Shown one piece after another: positions 35,170 through 44,450 of a stretch of 64,000 nt of DNA. The DNA is taken from assembly GCA_020696385.1 (NCBI GenBank), contig JAEHCQ010000004.1, positions 32,001 through 96,000 of the forward strand. Reading direction: 5' to 3'. Position numbers and translations under genes: made by a program. Each line of letters opens with the position of its first letter. Within the stretch, counting starts at the first letter, position 1. The notes beneath the pieces were generated by a model. That model saw only the letters and a list, made by a program, of their open reading frames with translations. It searched no databases and was not told the origin of the DNA. Source of the stretch: Methanobacteriota archaeon (GTDB taxonomy: Archaea; Thermoplasmatota; Thermoplasmata; SG8-5; JAGLSY01).

Positions 35170-36288
35170 ATGTTCAAGAAAATTGAGATAAAAAATTATA
35201 AAAGTATTAAAAATGCAACAATTCACCTCAATAATGTAAATATATTGATTGGCCCTAATAATTCAGGTAAATCCAACCTTCTTGATTTCATTGATTTTTA
35301 TCAGACTATTTTGAGCTTTGAATTGAAAGAAGCATTTGGTCCTAGGCCATTTGATTTTCGAGATATAGTTTGTATGGCTTCTGATTTTAGAACTGATGCT
35401 ATTGAAGGTAGTTTTATTAGTGAAACTCGAGAAGGAAAGGAAATAACCCATGAATATGGAATTGAAAATTTCAGAAATTCAAAAGGAAGATTTGGTGTTC
35501 GTTTTAAACATGAACATGTTTCATTAAATGGCGACAATCAGAGCTATACAGACAGAACTGTTTCGATACTAAATGAACAATATAGAAATAGATCTATTGC
35601 AAATCAAAATTTATATGAATATGTTAGAGAATGTCGTTCAATACGGCGTTTTCAATTTTCACCAAAATTAATTAAGAAAGAAGAGGAGATAGATATTGCT
35701 TTACCTGATATTCCATTTTTACGATATAGTGGCGAAAATTTGATTGAAGTTCTGTTTCATATAAGAGATCACAATCCTGAAAATTATCGTAAAATTGTAA
35801 ATGATTTTAGATCAATATTTCCAGATATAACAGATATCTCATTCAAACATCTTGGTGAACAACGTTATGGTTTATCTTTTAACAAGAAGACATCAAAAGG
35901 CTCATGGCAACTCATGGCACCTCAAATATCAGATGGATTAGCAATCACTCTAGCTATTCTTACATTAATAAATTCAGCAAAACCCCCTAGATTTATACTG
36001 ATGGAAGAAATAGAAAATGGCATTAATCCGAATACATTGAGAATCCTTTTTGAAAAAATAGTGAGTGTATCAAATAAAAAAGGAATTCAATTTTTTATTA
36101 CAACTCATTCACCCATTCTTCTTGAGCTTATGAGTGATAATCCCGAATATGTAATCGTATGTGAACAAAAAGATGGTCAGTCTGAATATTTACCGTTAAA
36201 TGAATTGCTTCTTAAATTTGGTTCAGAATACCAGCATGGCGAATCTTTATTCCATCTTTGGTTTAATGGTCTTATTGGTGGTTTATAA
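35170..36288 (+). CDS. ABC-type ATPase (AAA_15/AAA_21, OLD-like)
   Basis: IKNYKSI, Walker A GPNNSGKS, signature ISDG, Walker B LMEEIENGINP, H-loop TTHSP; AT-rich. Confidence 0.88.
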   Translation: MFKKIEIKNYKSIKNATIHLNNVNILIGPNNSGKSNLLDFIDFYQTILSFELKEAFGPRPFDFRDIVCMASDFRTDAIEGSFISETREGKEITHEYGIENFRNSKGRFGVRFKHEHVSLNGDNQSYTDRTVSILNEQYRNRSIANQNLYEYVRECRSIRRFQFSPKLIKKEEEIDIALPDIPFLRYSGENLIEVLFHIRDHNPENYRKIVNDFRSIFPDITDISFKHLGEQRYGLSFNKKTSKGSWQLMAPQISDGLAITLAILTLINSAKPPRFILMEEIENGINPNTLRILFEKIVSVSNKKGIQFFITTHSPILLELMSDNPEYVIVCEQKDGQSEYLPLNELLLKFGSEYQHGESLFHLWFNGLIGGL

Positions 36289-36909
36289 TTGAAAATTCAT
36301 CTAATTACTGAAGGTCCAACGGATAGACTAATACTGAAAGCTTTACTTAATAGAATGATTGAAAGGCAACCCCATTTAATTTCTGAAAGTAAAACACAAA
36401 AAAAAAATCGTAGTGTTTCTTCATTACTCGATTATGCTTTTTTTTCGAAATTTCTTCATTACGCCTTTTATCACAGTGTTGATGTAATTATTACTTGCCT
36501 TGATAATGACGCTCATGAGCTAGATAGAACTGGTATATCCATAGAAAGAAAAGAGATTATTGAAGGCTATAAAAACAAATTTTTACTTGAAAATCAGTAT
36601 ATATACCCAACAGTCAATCCTTGCTTTATTATTATAGTGCCAGTTGAAACTCTAGATTATTGGGTAAAATGTATTAAAATGAGAACAACTAATTGTACAG
36701 AAATATTGAATATTCGACAAATAAACAAGGCCCAAATTAAATCATTAACCTATGGGGAACAGAATATTCATTTTGGATGGATGATTGATGATCAAGCAAT
36801 AACTAATGTCATTAATCAAATTACTGGACAAAATAATCTGATTGAAAAATTGGAATGCTTACCCTGTTTTAAAGATTTTCAAACACAGTTAGAAAATTGT
36901 CTATCCTAA
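36289..36909 (+). CDS. TOPRIM-like (DUF4276/DUF4435-like) putative nuclease partner
   Basis: ITEGPTD, CLDND, VETLDYW motifs; starts immediately after the ATPase stop. Confidence 0.65.
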   Translation: MKIHLITEGPTDRLILKALLNRMIERQPHLISESKTQKKNRSVSSLLDYAFFSKFLHYAFYHSVDVIITCLDNDAHELDRTGISIERKEIIEGYKNKFLLENQYIYPTVNPCFIIIVPVETLDYWVKCIKMRTTNCTEILNIRQINKAQIKSLTYGEQNIHFGWMIDDQAITNVINQITGQNNLIEKLECLPCFKDFQTQLENCLS

Positions 36910-36941
36910 ATTTCTCAATCTTTATTTGTATTATTTTAGTT

Positions 36942-38063
36942 TCAGTCCAGCATCCCCAGTTCGGTCAGCTTCTCCGGCAGGTACTTATCCGTCACGAAGT
37001 TCAAACCGTATTTTGCCAATGCCTGTTGTTCCGCCTTCTTGTTTATTTTTAGCATCAGCTCGATCTCATCGCGCCAGAACCTGTCCTTGAACCTCGGATC
37101 TGTTAATTCTGATTTTAGAGCTTTCACATCCTGCGCATTCAGTTTATCTGTGGGGAGGTCGTAGGTTAGTATATCGTCGGTCGTTATGCCGATGTACACC
37201 GCACTTGGACATGCCAGGTATTCCGAAATATGAGCTGTCTTTATCGCGCCATAAGCGATTGAAGAGTAAATTCTGAAGGACCAGGGATCGCAATCAGTGA
37301 ATACAAGAATAGGAAGGTTCATCTCCTCGTTAAGACGCTTCATCATGCGGCGAGTGGAACGGGCTGGCTGTCCCTTGAGATGCAGTACAATTGCATTTGA
37401 ATCCTCGTCAAATCCATTTTCAACCAACCTGTCGAACATACCACCAGTTTCGACAGCCATGACGAACTTCGCATCTGTTTCGACGAAGTTCACCTTGTCG
37501 CTCTCTACATTGTACGGAATGCTGTAACCACTGTCACCGACATCGTCCTGGCAGTTGATCCTCTTCTTGATACCTTTTCTGTTCACTTCGTCCAGGGTGA
37601 TATTGCCGATGATTCTGGCTCCATCCTCTTCCGGCCTGAGCTTGAAGTCCTCCCTCATGCACGCGGTTATTATTTCCAGGTCTTCGGCCAGGTTGTTCGA
37701 TTCGTCCTGTGATCCGAACTTGCCTTTGTCCCAACCCTCGGATATGTAGTACATTTCTCTCAGGGTGGATGATTTGCTGTCCTTGATCATGTCCTGGATG
37801 AACTCCAGCATGTACATCGTGCGTAGCAACATGTACGCGCCATTGAGCTTCTTCGCACTTCTCACACCCTTCATGTTCCCGTACTTCCACACGCCTTTTC
37901 TGGGAGCGAATTGAATATTTTTCTTCGACCTGAGAGGGATCTCCATCTTCGGTATCTGGCCCTTGTCTATCTGTTTGTAAACACTATCGGCTATCTTGTA
38001 AAGCTCTTCCACTGCTTTCTGGGATCTGTCATCAGCAGTCTGCTTGTCGTCACTAGATGTCAT
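36942..38063 (-). CDS. top6A: DNA topoisomerase VI subunit A
   Basis: [40 protein letters not shown]. Confidence 0.97.
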   Translation of the reverse strand: MTSSDDKQTADDRSQKAVEELYKIADSVYKQIDKGQIPKMEIPLRSKKNIQFAPRKGVWKYGNMKGVRSAKKLNGAYMLLRTMYMLEFIQDMIKDSKSSTLREMYYISEGWDKGKFGSQDESNNLAEDLEIITACMREDFKLRPEEDGARIIGNITLDEVNRKGIKKRINCQDDVGDSGYSIPYNVESDKVNFVETDAKFVMAVETGGMFDRLVENGFDEDSNAIVLHLKGQPARSTRRMMKRLNEEMNLPILVFTDCDPWSFRIYSSIAYGAIKTAHISEYLACPSAVYIGITTDDILTYDLPTDKLNAQDVKALKSELTDPRFKDRFWRDEIELMLKINKKAEQQALAKYGLNFVTDKYLPEKLTELGMLD

Positions 38064-40129
38064 TCGTCGCTCACCTCCGCCTTACCATCGTCATCAATGC
38101 CATCGTCATCATCCAGATCTTCGGCCACATCGTCATAATCAACATCGTCAATTTCATTCGCTGGCTTCACAACTGGTCTATCCTTTTCCTCATCATAATC
38201 AAAGAGGGATTGTGCCGCTGCCGTGATCTTCTTATCATCCAGGTTCCAATCACCCGGTAGCATGTCGGCTCCGATCACGATGGCTGGATTCATATCACTG
38301 AAATAAACCTCGACATCACCGAACTCTTCCTTTTCCAGACCCTTTAATTCGAACTTAATAGGATAGCTACCAGTACTCTCTATCCGATTAATATTCCACT
38401 GCACCTTATCGCCATTGATGTCATCAGGCTCTGGATCGAATTTCTTCACATCGATATCATCCATCGGAAGTTCCGCGTACAGTTTCATTTTCTTGATGGT
38501 CGATGTGTAGTTATATACGTCAACCTGCACCTTGTGCCTTTTCTTGTCATATTCGATGGAATCATCTATCCAGATAACATCCATGATGCTGGTGATCGTC
38601 CTGCCAAGTTTGGGCACTGGCTTGCCCACGATGTTCGCGGATTTTTTGGCAATCTCCGGAAGTAATATCTGAACAATATTGAACTTTTCTCGATTCTTGG
38701 CCTTGGTCGCGCTCTTGCTAAGATGTGACTTAAGCTTCCGGGCGCATAATCTCAGCGCCCGTTCTATCTCGCTGTCGATGATCTTGATATTTGCTATCGC
38801 GTCCTTGGACTCGCTGGTGAAAGGTATCTGGGTGGAAGCCACATGCACAAGGATAACTGCTGGTCCATAGGGAATTCCCTTGCCGCCACGCTGTTCAAGT
38901 CCATAGCGTCGCCAGTCCACCTTGGAGATGGCATTGGTGATCACATCCCCGCCCTGCTGGTACAACAGCGGCACGCGATTAGCGAATCTTAGAATTTCAA
39001 CCTGCTTGTCCTTGGGTAGCTGGCCTCCATAGACCATACCAACTTCAACTTGGAATGGGTGGCCGGAGTACACGCTTGGATCACGAGTGATCGGGGGCGC
39101 GTAGAACTTCGGCTTCAGACCGCTCAGAACATTCCGCAAGCCTTTCTTGATAAGTGTGGGGCCAATGGGTGATAGGCAATCTGTATTCGGCGCCATTATT
39201 TTCACTTCATCAATGGCCTTGACAACTGCCTTCGCTTCCTGGATGCTCAGTGTCTTGGGGCTTTTCTTTTCTCGAACCCCGGCCTTTTCGAGAATGTCCT
39301 TGGCAACTCGGGGGCTCACCCTGGAGAATTCGTCGGTTAGGAAAGCCACCATGCGGCGATGCCTGGATGCCTTGGCCATATTGTGGAAATGGCCAAGTTC
39401 TATTCCTTTTGGATGTGGCTTCACTTCCTTGGTCTGTCGTGGGATCTCCTCACTCACCCGCTTGAAATCATGAATCTCCCCAGCCGGATCCTTGAAAGCA
39501 ATATGGGCATGAGGATTCACAATGGCGGTTCCCTTCAGATATTCGAGGACCGATTGCTTGCCCGCGGTATATCGGGCATTGATGTAAACTTCAATTCTGG
39601 TTCCATGCTCCTTGCCCTCCCAGATCTTGAAATCCTCCTCGATTATGTCCGCTCGATTCTTCTTCGTATTGAGCACGAGGTTCATCCAATGGGCGGCCTC
39701 TTCTTTCTCGGTCTTGGAAATAACGTAAGTAGGCTTTCCGGTTGTCAACTGGCCATACATTACCACGGCTGAAATACCAATGCCTTGCTGGCCTCGGGAT
39801 TGTCGAATTGAATGGAATCTGGAACCATACAGAAGTCGGCCGAAAACATTGGCGATCTGGCGCTTCACAATACCTGGTCCATTATCCTCCATCGTGATCT
39901 TGAACTCGATCTTGGATATCTGTTCGATCTCGACATAAATATCTGGTAAAATTCCGGCTTCCTCGCAGGCATCCAGGGAATTGTCCACACCCTCTTTCAC
40001 GGATGTCAATAAAGCTCTGGTCAATGAGTCAAATCCCAGGATCTGCTTGTTTCTCTGGAAGAACTCTCCGATCGATATTTCTTTCTGACTCTGTGCCAAT
40101 TTCTCTGCTGTTGAGACTGCCATTTCCAT
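38060..40129 (-). CDS. top6B: DNA topoisomerase VI subunit B
   Basis: [39 protein letters not shown]. Confidence 0.97.
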   Translation of the reverse strand: MEMAVSTAEKLAQSQKEISIGEFFQRNKQILGFDSLTRALLTSVKEGVDNSLDACEEAGILPDIYVEIEQISKIEFKITMEDNGPGIVKRQIANVFGRLLYGSRFHSIRQSRGQQGIGISAVVMYGQLTTGKPTYVISKTEKEEAAHWMNLVLNTKKNRADIIEEDFKIWEGKEHGTRIEVYINARYTAGKQSVLEYLKGTAIVNPHAHIAFKDPAGEIHDFKRVSEEIPRQTKEVKPHPKGIELGHFHNMAKASRHRRMVAFLTDEFSRVSPRVAKDILEKAGVREKKSPKTLSIQEAKAVVKAIDEVKIMAPNTDCLSPIGPTLIKKGLRNVLSGLKPKFYAPPITRDPSVYSGHPFQVEVGMVYGGQLPKDKQVEILRFANRVPLLYQQGGDVITNAISKVDWRRYGLEQRGGKGIPYGPAVILVHVASTQIPFTSESKDAIANIKIIDSEIERALRLCARKLKSHLSKSATKAKNREKFNIVQILLPEIAKKSANIVGKPVPKLGRTITSIMDVIWIDDSIEYDKKRHKVQVDVYNYTSTIKKMKLYAELPMDDIDVKKFDPEPDDINGDKVQWNINRIESTGSYPIKFELKGLEKEEFGDVEVYFSDMNPAIVIGADMLPGDWNLDDKKITAAAQSLFDYDEEKDRPVVKPANEIDDVDYDDVAEDLDDDDGIDDDGKAEVSDE

Positions 40130-40368
40130 CCCTTCACTCTGTTAATATTAAGGAATGCTGGCATTCGCCATATTAATTAGACAAGCTGGCCTTGCAATAA
40201 AGACCAATCTTCGAATGCATCCCTTATGTCCGATGGTAATATCTATCGAATAATTAAAGTTTAACCTCGCACAGTCCCTAATGCATCACCTTCTCGTCCT
40301 TTAAAAAATAATATATATCTCTCTCTCTTTCATTGTATTATCTTGATACACCATATTGGAGTGATCAC

Positions 40369-41406
40369 ATGAACCTAAAAAAAGAAGACCTTCTCAAAGA
40401 CCTGATAGTGCATTATGACATGAAAGAACATGACGTGGTCGACATCGTGGAATCCATGTCCACCATGGCTTTTCAAGCCCGCAATCTATCACGCGCTGCT
40501 GAGATATACGACATGATGCTGGCTGACCATGATTGCAAAGTCATCCTTTGTATGTCCGGTTCCTTATTTTCAGCGGGTCTGAAGAAGATCGTTCATGACA
40601 TGATAATGAACAATATGGTCGATGCGATTGTCTCGACTGGCGCGGTCATAGTCGATATGGATTTCTTCGAGGCCATTGGATTCAAGCATTACATTGGAAC
40701 CCCATTTGTGGACGACAATGATCTCCGCGAATTGCACATTGACAGAATATATGATACTTTCATAGATGAAGAAGAGTTGCGCGTGTGCGACCAGACAGTG
40801 AAGGTAATAGCTGACAAGCTGGAAAAGCGCCCATATTCATCCCGTGAGTTCATCAAGGAGATGGGAAAGTATCTGGATGATCAGGGGCCGAAAGTTGACG
40901 ATTCGGTCATTCACGCGGCCTACAAGATGGATGTTCCGATATTCTGCCCAGCATTTTCAGATTGCAGTGCGGGCTTCGGACTTCTTGACCACCAGCGGCA
41001 GAATCCGGACAAGCACCTGAGCATTGATTCAGTTGCAGATTTCAGAGAATTGGTAGCTCTTGTTACAGCATCAAAACAGAGCGGCATCTTCATGATAGGC
41101 GGTGGAGTTCCGAAGAACTTCGTGCAGGACACTGTCCTCGGAGTGGAAGTTGATCCATCCGGCAAGCTTCTTGAGGATGTCCGGATGCACAAGTACGCGA
41201 TACAGATCACAGTAGCTGACGAGCGCGACGGTGCGCTATCGGGCTCCACCCTGAAAGAAGCCAGCTCCTGGGGAAAGGTTGAGACAAATCATGAGCAGAT
41301 GGTCTGGGCAGAAGCGACCATCGCACTTCCGCTTATAGCCGGATATGCTTATAACAAGGGCAACTGGAAGGGCAGAGAACCTTCCAGGTGGGGAAAACTT
41401 CTGTGA
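40369..41406 (+). CDS. Deoxyhypusine synthase-family protein
   Basis: DAIVSTGA, IDRIYD, GGGVPKN, GALSGSTLKEASSWGKV, EATIALPL. Confidence 0.9.
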   Translation: MNLKKEDLLKDLIVHYDMKEHDVVDIVESMSTMAFQARNLSRAAEIYDMMLADHDCKVILCMSGSLFSAGLKKIVHDMIMNNMVDAIVSTGAVIVDMDFFEAIGFKHYIGTPFVDDNDLRELHIDRIYDTFIDEEELRVCDQTVKVIADKLEKRPYSSREFIKEMGKYLDDQGPKVDDSVIHAAYKMDVPIFCPAFSDCSAGFGLLDHQRQNPDKHLSIDSVADFRELVALVTASKQSGIFMIGGGVPKNFVQDTVLGVEVDPSGKLLEDVRMHKYAIQITVADERDGALSGSTLKEASSWGKVETNHEQMVWAEATIALPLIAGYAYNKGNWKGREPSRWGKLL

Positions 41407-41497
41407 GCCAGATATCTGTAAATAAAAAAGTTAACGGGGTGTTAACTTTTTTCCAAAGCGGCCTTCACCACATTACTCATCCGTATGATAATGTATC

Positions 41498-42379
41498 TTA
41501 AAGGCTGCCATTTTCAGCAGCCTTCACCACATTACTCATCAGCATCGCGATCGTCATCGGCCCCACACCTTTTGGCACAGGGGTGATGGCACTGGCCACT
41601 TCCTTCACACCCTCAAAATCAACATCCCCGACAAGACGGTAGCCCCGCTTGGCACTTGGGTCATCCACGCTGTTTATTCCCACATCAATGACAACGGCAC
41701 CAGGCTTTACCATATCTTGCTTGATATAACCTGGCACTCCAATGGCCGCGATAAGTATGTCCGCCTGACGTGTAAAAACACTCACGTCAGGAGTTCTTGA
41801 ATGGCATATCGTAACTGTTGCATTCGCCCCCTGCTTCTTCTGCATCAGGAGGTTAGCCAGTGGTTTTCCCACGATATTGCTTCGACCGACAATGACCGCG
41901 TGCTTTCCAGATGGGTCGATGCCACTTCTTTCCAAAAGGACCATGATCCCAAGGGGGGTGGCTGGGACAAAATATTCCCTGCCAGACATTATTTTTCCAA
42001 GGGAATCGGCGCTGAAACCATCCACATCTTTTGCCTGGGCTATCGCATCCAGTACCTTGTTGGAATCGATATGGTTTGGAACTGGCATCTGAACCAGAAT
42101 GCCGTGAACCTTATCATCAGTATTCAGGTCCTGAACAAGTGCCAGAAGTTCAGATTCCGTGGTCTCCTCTGGAAGCCGATGAACAAAGGAATTGATACCC
42201 AGCCTTTCACAGGCCCTTTCTTTCATGGCCACATAGGTCTTGGAAGCTTGATTGTCACCCACTATGACGGCAGCCAGTCCTGGAATTATTCCTCTCTCGC
42301 CCAGGCTCTTAATGGCTGGCTTTAACTCTTCCTTCACCTGGGCGGCAATTGCCTTTCCATCAATTATCTCGGCTGTCAT
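41498..42379 (-). CDS. folD: Bifunctional methylenetetrahydrofolate dehydrogenase/cyclohydrolase
   Basis: KDVDG, PATPLG, GRSNIVGKP, VIDVGIN, TPVPKGVGPMT. Confidence 0.96.
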   Translation of the reverse strand: MTAEIIDGKAIAAQVKEELKPAIKSLGERGIIPGLAAVIVGDNQASKTYVAMKERACERLGINSFVHRLPEETTESELLALVQDLNTDDKVHGILVQMPVPNHIDSNKVLDAIAQAKDVDGFSADSLGKIMSGREYFVPATPLGIMVLLERSGIDPSGKHAVIVGRSNIVGKPLANLLMQKKQGANATVTICHSRTPDVSVFTRQADILIAAIGVPGYIKQDMVKPGAVVIDVGINSVDDPSAKRGYRLVGDVDFEGVKEVASAITPVPKGVGPMTIAMLMSNVVKAAENGSL

Positions 42380-42430
42380 CCCGTGGAATATAGGGAAAAG
42401 TCTATTTTAACGTTGGGAATAGGGGGTTCA

Positions 42431-42973
42431 ATGTCTGGAAGAATGACCCTCGGTCTCTACAATTGCTATGATCTGAAGAAGATAAGGGAAGCCCACAGGA
42501 GAGCACTGGCCAGAGCTGGTCCTGTTGCTCTGGCATTTGATTGCAATCTTGTCACATTTGGCTTTCCCTATGACCGGGAAATGCGCACACCAGCAGACAT
42601 TGTGGAATGGATCTCGGATACCACGTCGATAGGCGACAACGGTCAGTATTTGATAGAACTGGCCGAAGCTGGAAGGTTTCAGGCTTTTGATATTCCGAAA
42701 AAAGGCTTTCCTCCGCAATTTGGTGATGTGATCGTCACCACCCGCAAGCCAGAACCAAAGAAGAATATCACCCCTAATGAAGTGGCCAGTCGGGTCAAAA
42801 GAGGCCAATCTGTTCTACTTCTTATCGGCCTTGGACCTCATGGTCTGCCGAAGAAGGTATTCGAGGTTGGAAATCACCATCTGGATATAACACAGAAAGG
42901 CCTATCATTGGAGACCTGCACCGCGATGGGTATAATTCCTGCAGTTTTAGGAACGATAAACCGTAAAGTTTAA
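42431..42973 (+). CDS. DUF531-like SPOUT-fold protein
   Basis: TLGLYNCYD, EAHRRALARA, IGLGPHGLP, SLETCTAMG. Confidence 0.8.
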   Translation: MSGRMTLGLYNCYDLKKIREAHRRALARAGPVALAFDCNLVTFGFPYDREMRTPADIVEWISDTTSIGDNGQYLIELAEAGRFQAFDIPKKGFPPQFGDVIVTTRKPEPKKNITPNEVASRVKRGQSVLLLIGLGPHGLPKKVFEVGNHHLDITQKGLSLETCTAMGIIPAVLGTINRKV

Positions 42974-43008
42974 ATATTAGACAAAATCCCGTACAAATCT
43001 CTTTATAT
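42969..43008 (+). promoter_or_regulatory. Shared promoter motif, copy 1 (upstream of the membrane HTH regulator)
   Basis: ATATTAGACAAAATCCCGTACAA...TTTATA. Confidence 0.65.
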
Positions 43009-43032
43009 ACTCCCGGTCACATATTTATATTA

Positions 43033-44058
43033 ATGAGATGGAACGAGAGCGGAGCTGATAATAGAGGTCATTTTACAGGCATCATTTTAGTACTGGCTCT
43101 ATTAATTATATCCTTTTCCATCATACCTGGTGTTCTGGCAGACGATATGGTATCACCATCAGACAATGCAAATCCTGGTGCTTATTTGGACATTGAGTTC
43201 GTTCTTGACCTGGATGTTGTCAATACCGGTGATTCTCTTTACATATCAGTACTGGTCTTGGAAAATGATTATCCCGTGGAGGGAGCCACTGTTCAGTTAT
43301 TGTCCACCTATTCGGACAATGTCACCATCGAGGTTATCGATGACCTCACTGATCAGGATGGTATGGCTAAATTCATAATTGTTGGCGAGGTACATGAGGA
43401 TAGAAGCATACTTCTGAATGCCATAGCCACCTATAACGGTCATGAGGCCGCTCTGGATTCAAAAGAGGTCACCATACTCTCAAAGCCAACTCCTGTAATT
43501 AATAGGGAAGTTTGGTACATAGGCGCAAGTGCTCTTTTACTACTTTCAATAGGAGCTATAGCCACCGAGGTCGGTAAATATGGAGCTCTTAAGTTAGTCT
43601 TCATACCACTTTATTCTCGAGTGAAGAAAGAAGAGGTATTGGATCATTTCGTTCGAGGTCAGATATATGGGCATATCATGTCCCACCCAGGATCTCATTA
43701 TAATGCGATAAAGCAGGAACTGAAAGTGACCAATGGCACACTGTCTCACCATCTTAGGACATTGGAGATGCAGGGCTTTGTCAAATCACAGAGAGATGGA
43801 ACATACAAGCGTTTCTACCCAATGGGAGCCAAGCATTCGAAGGACAAGGGAATAAGGCTGAGTGATCTTCAACTCAGCATAATCGATTCCCTCAGGCAGA
43901 CAGAGGGCATGACCCAATCCGATATCGCGGCTGGATTAGGTATGAGCCAGCAGTCCATTAGTTATAATTTGAATATACTCGTCAGAAAGGATATTCTTAG
44001 ATTTGAGAGAAATGGTGTCAGAAAGCATTATTTCATAAATGATGATATTTACACATGA
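43033..44058 (+). CDS. Membrane-anchored double winged-helix regulator with an extracellular Ig-like domain
   Basis: Signal/TM, Ig-like region (PVEGATV, TDQDGMAKF), TM, PLYSRVKKEEVLDHFVRGQIY..HPG..GTLSHHL, second HTH. Confidence 0.85.
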   Translation: MRWNESGADNRGHFTGIILVLALLIISFSIIPGVLADDMVSPSDNANPGAYLDIEFVLDLDVVNTGDSLYISVLVLENDYPVEGATVQLLSTYSDNVTIEVIDDLTDQDGMAKFIIVGEVHEDRSILLNAIATYNGHEAALDSKEVTILSKPTPVINREVWYIGASALLLLSIGAIATEVGKYGALKLVFIPLYSRVKKEEVLDHFVRGQIYGHIMSHPGSHYNAIKQELKVTNGTLSHHLRTLEMQGFVKSQRDGTYKRFYPMGAKHSKDKGIRLSDLQLSIIDSLRQTEGMTQSDIAAGLGMSQQSISYNLNILVRKDILRFERNGVRKHYFINDDIYT

Positions 44059-44251
44059 AAACATTGAGTATATTTTATATCTGGATAAATTAAGTAGATA
44101 ATTTAGAAATATAAGGATTTATATGCATAATCTAATAATCTAATATTTTTCAATCGTTTTCACTACTCCAACACATCTCCAATATACTGCTTTAGACATA
44201 CGCATATTTGGCTAATATCGTCCGCCAAAACAAAGTTAGAACAATGCTTTG

Positions 44252-44314
44252 TACAAAAGTCCGTACCAAAAATCATTTATATTAGACAAAAATCTGTACA
44301 AGTTTGCTTTTATA
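44252..44314 (+). promoter_or_regulatory. Shared promoter motif, copy 2 (upstream of the ABC operon)
   Basis: 63-bp block with two ACAAA-N4-GTAC-type units, each followed by a TATA-like box. Confidence 0.75.
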
Positions 44315-44450
44315 CCATGAAACAATGTTATATCAATTAATGATGACTAAAACAAGATTCCAATAAAATATATATATAGTCACCACTTACAGCGGACTGA
44401 ATTCCATCAGAATTTACGTTGCTGGATATCATAATAAGGAGGTAATGACA

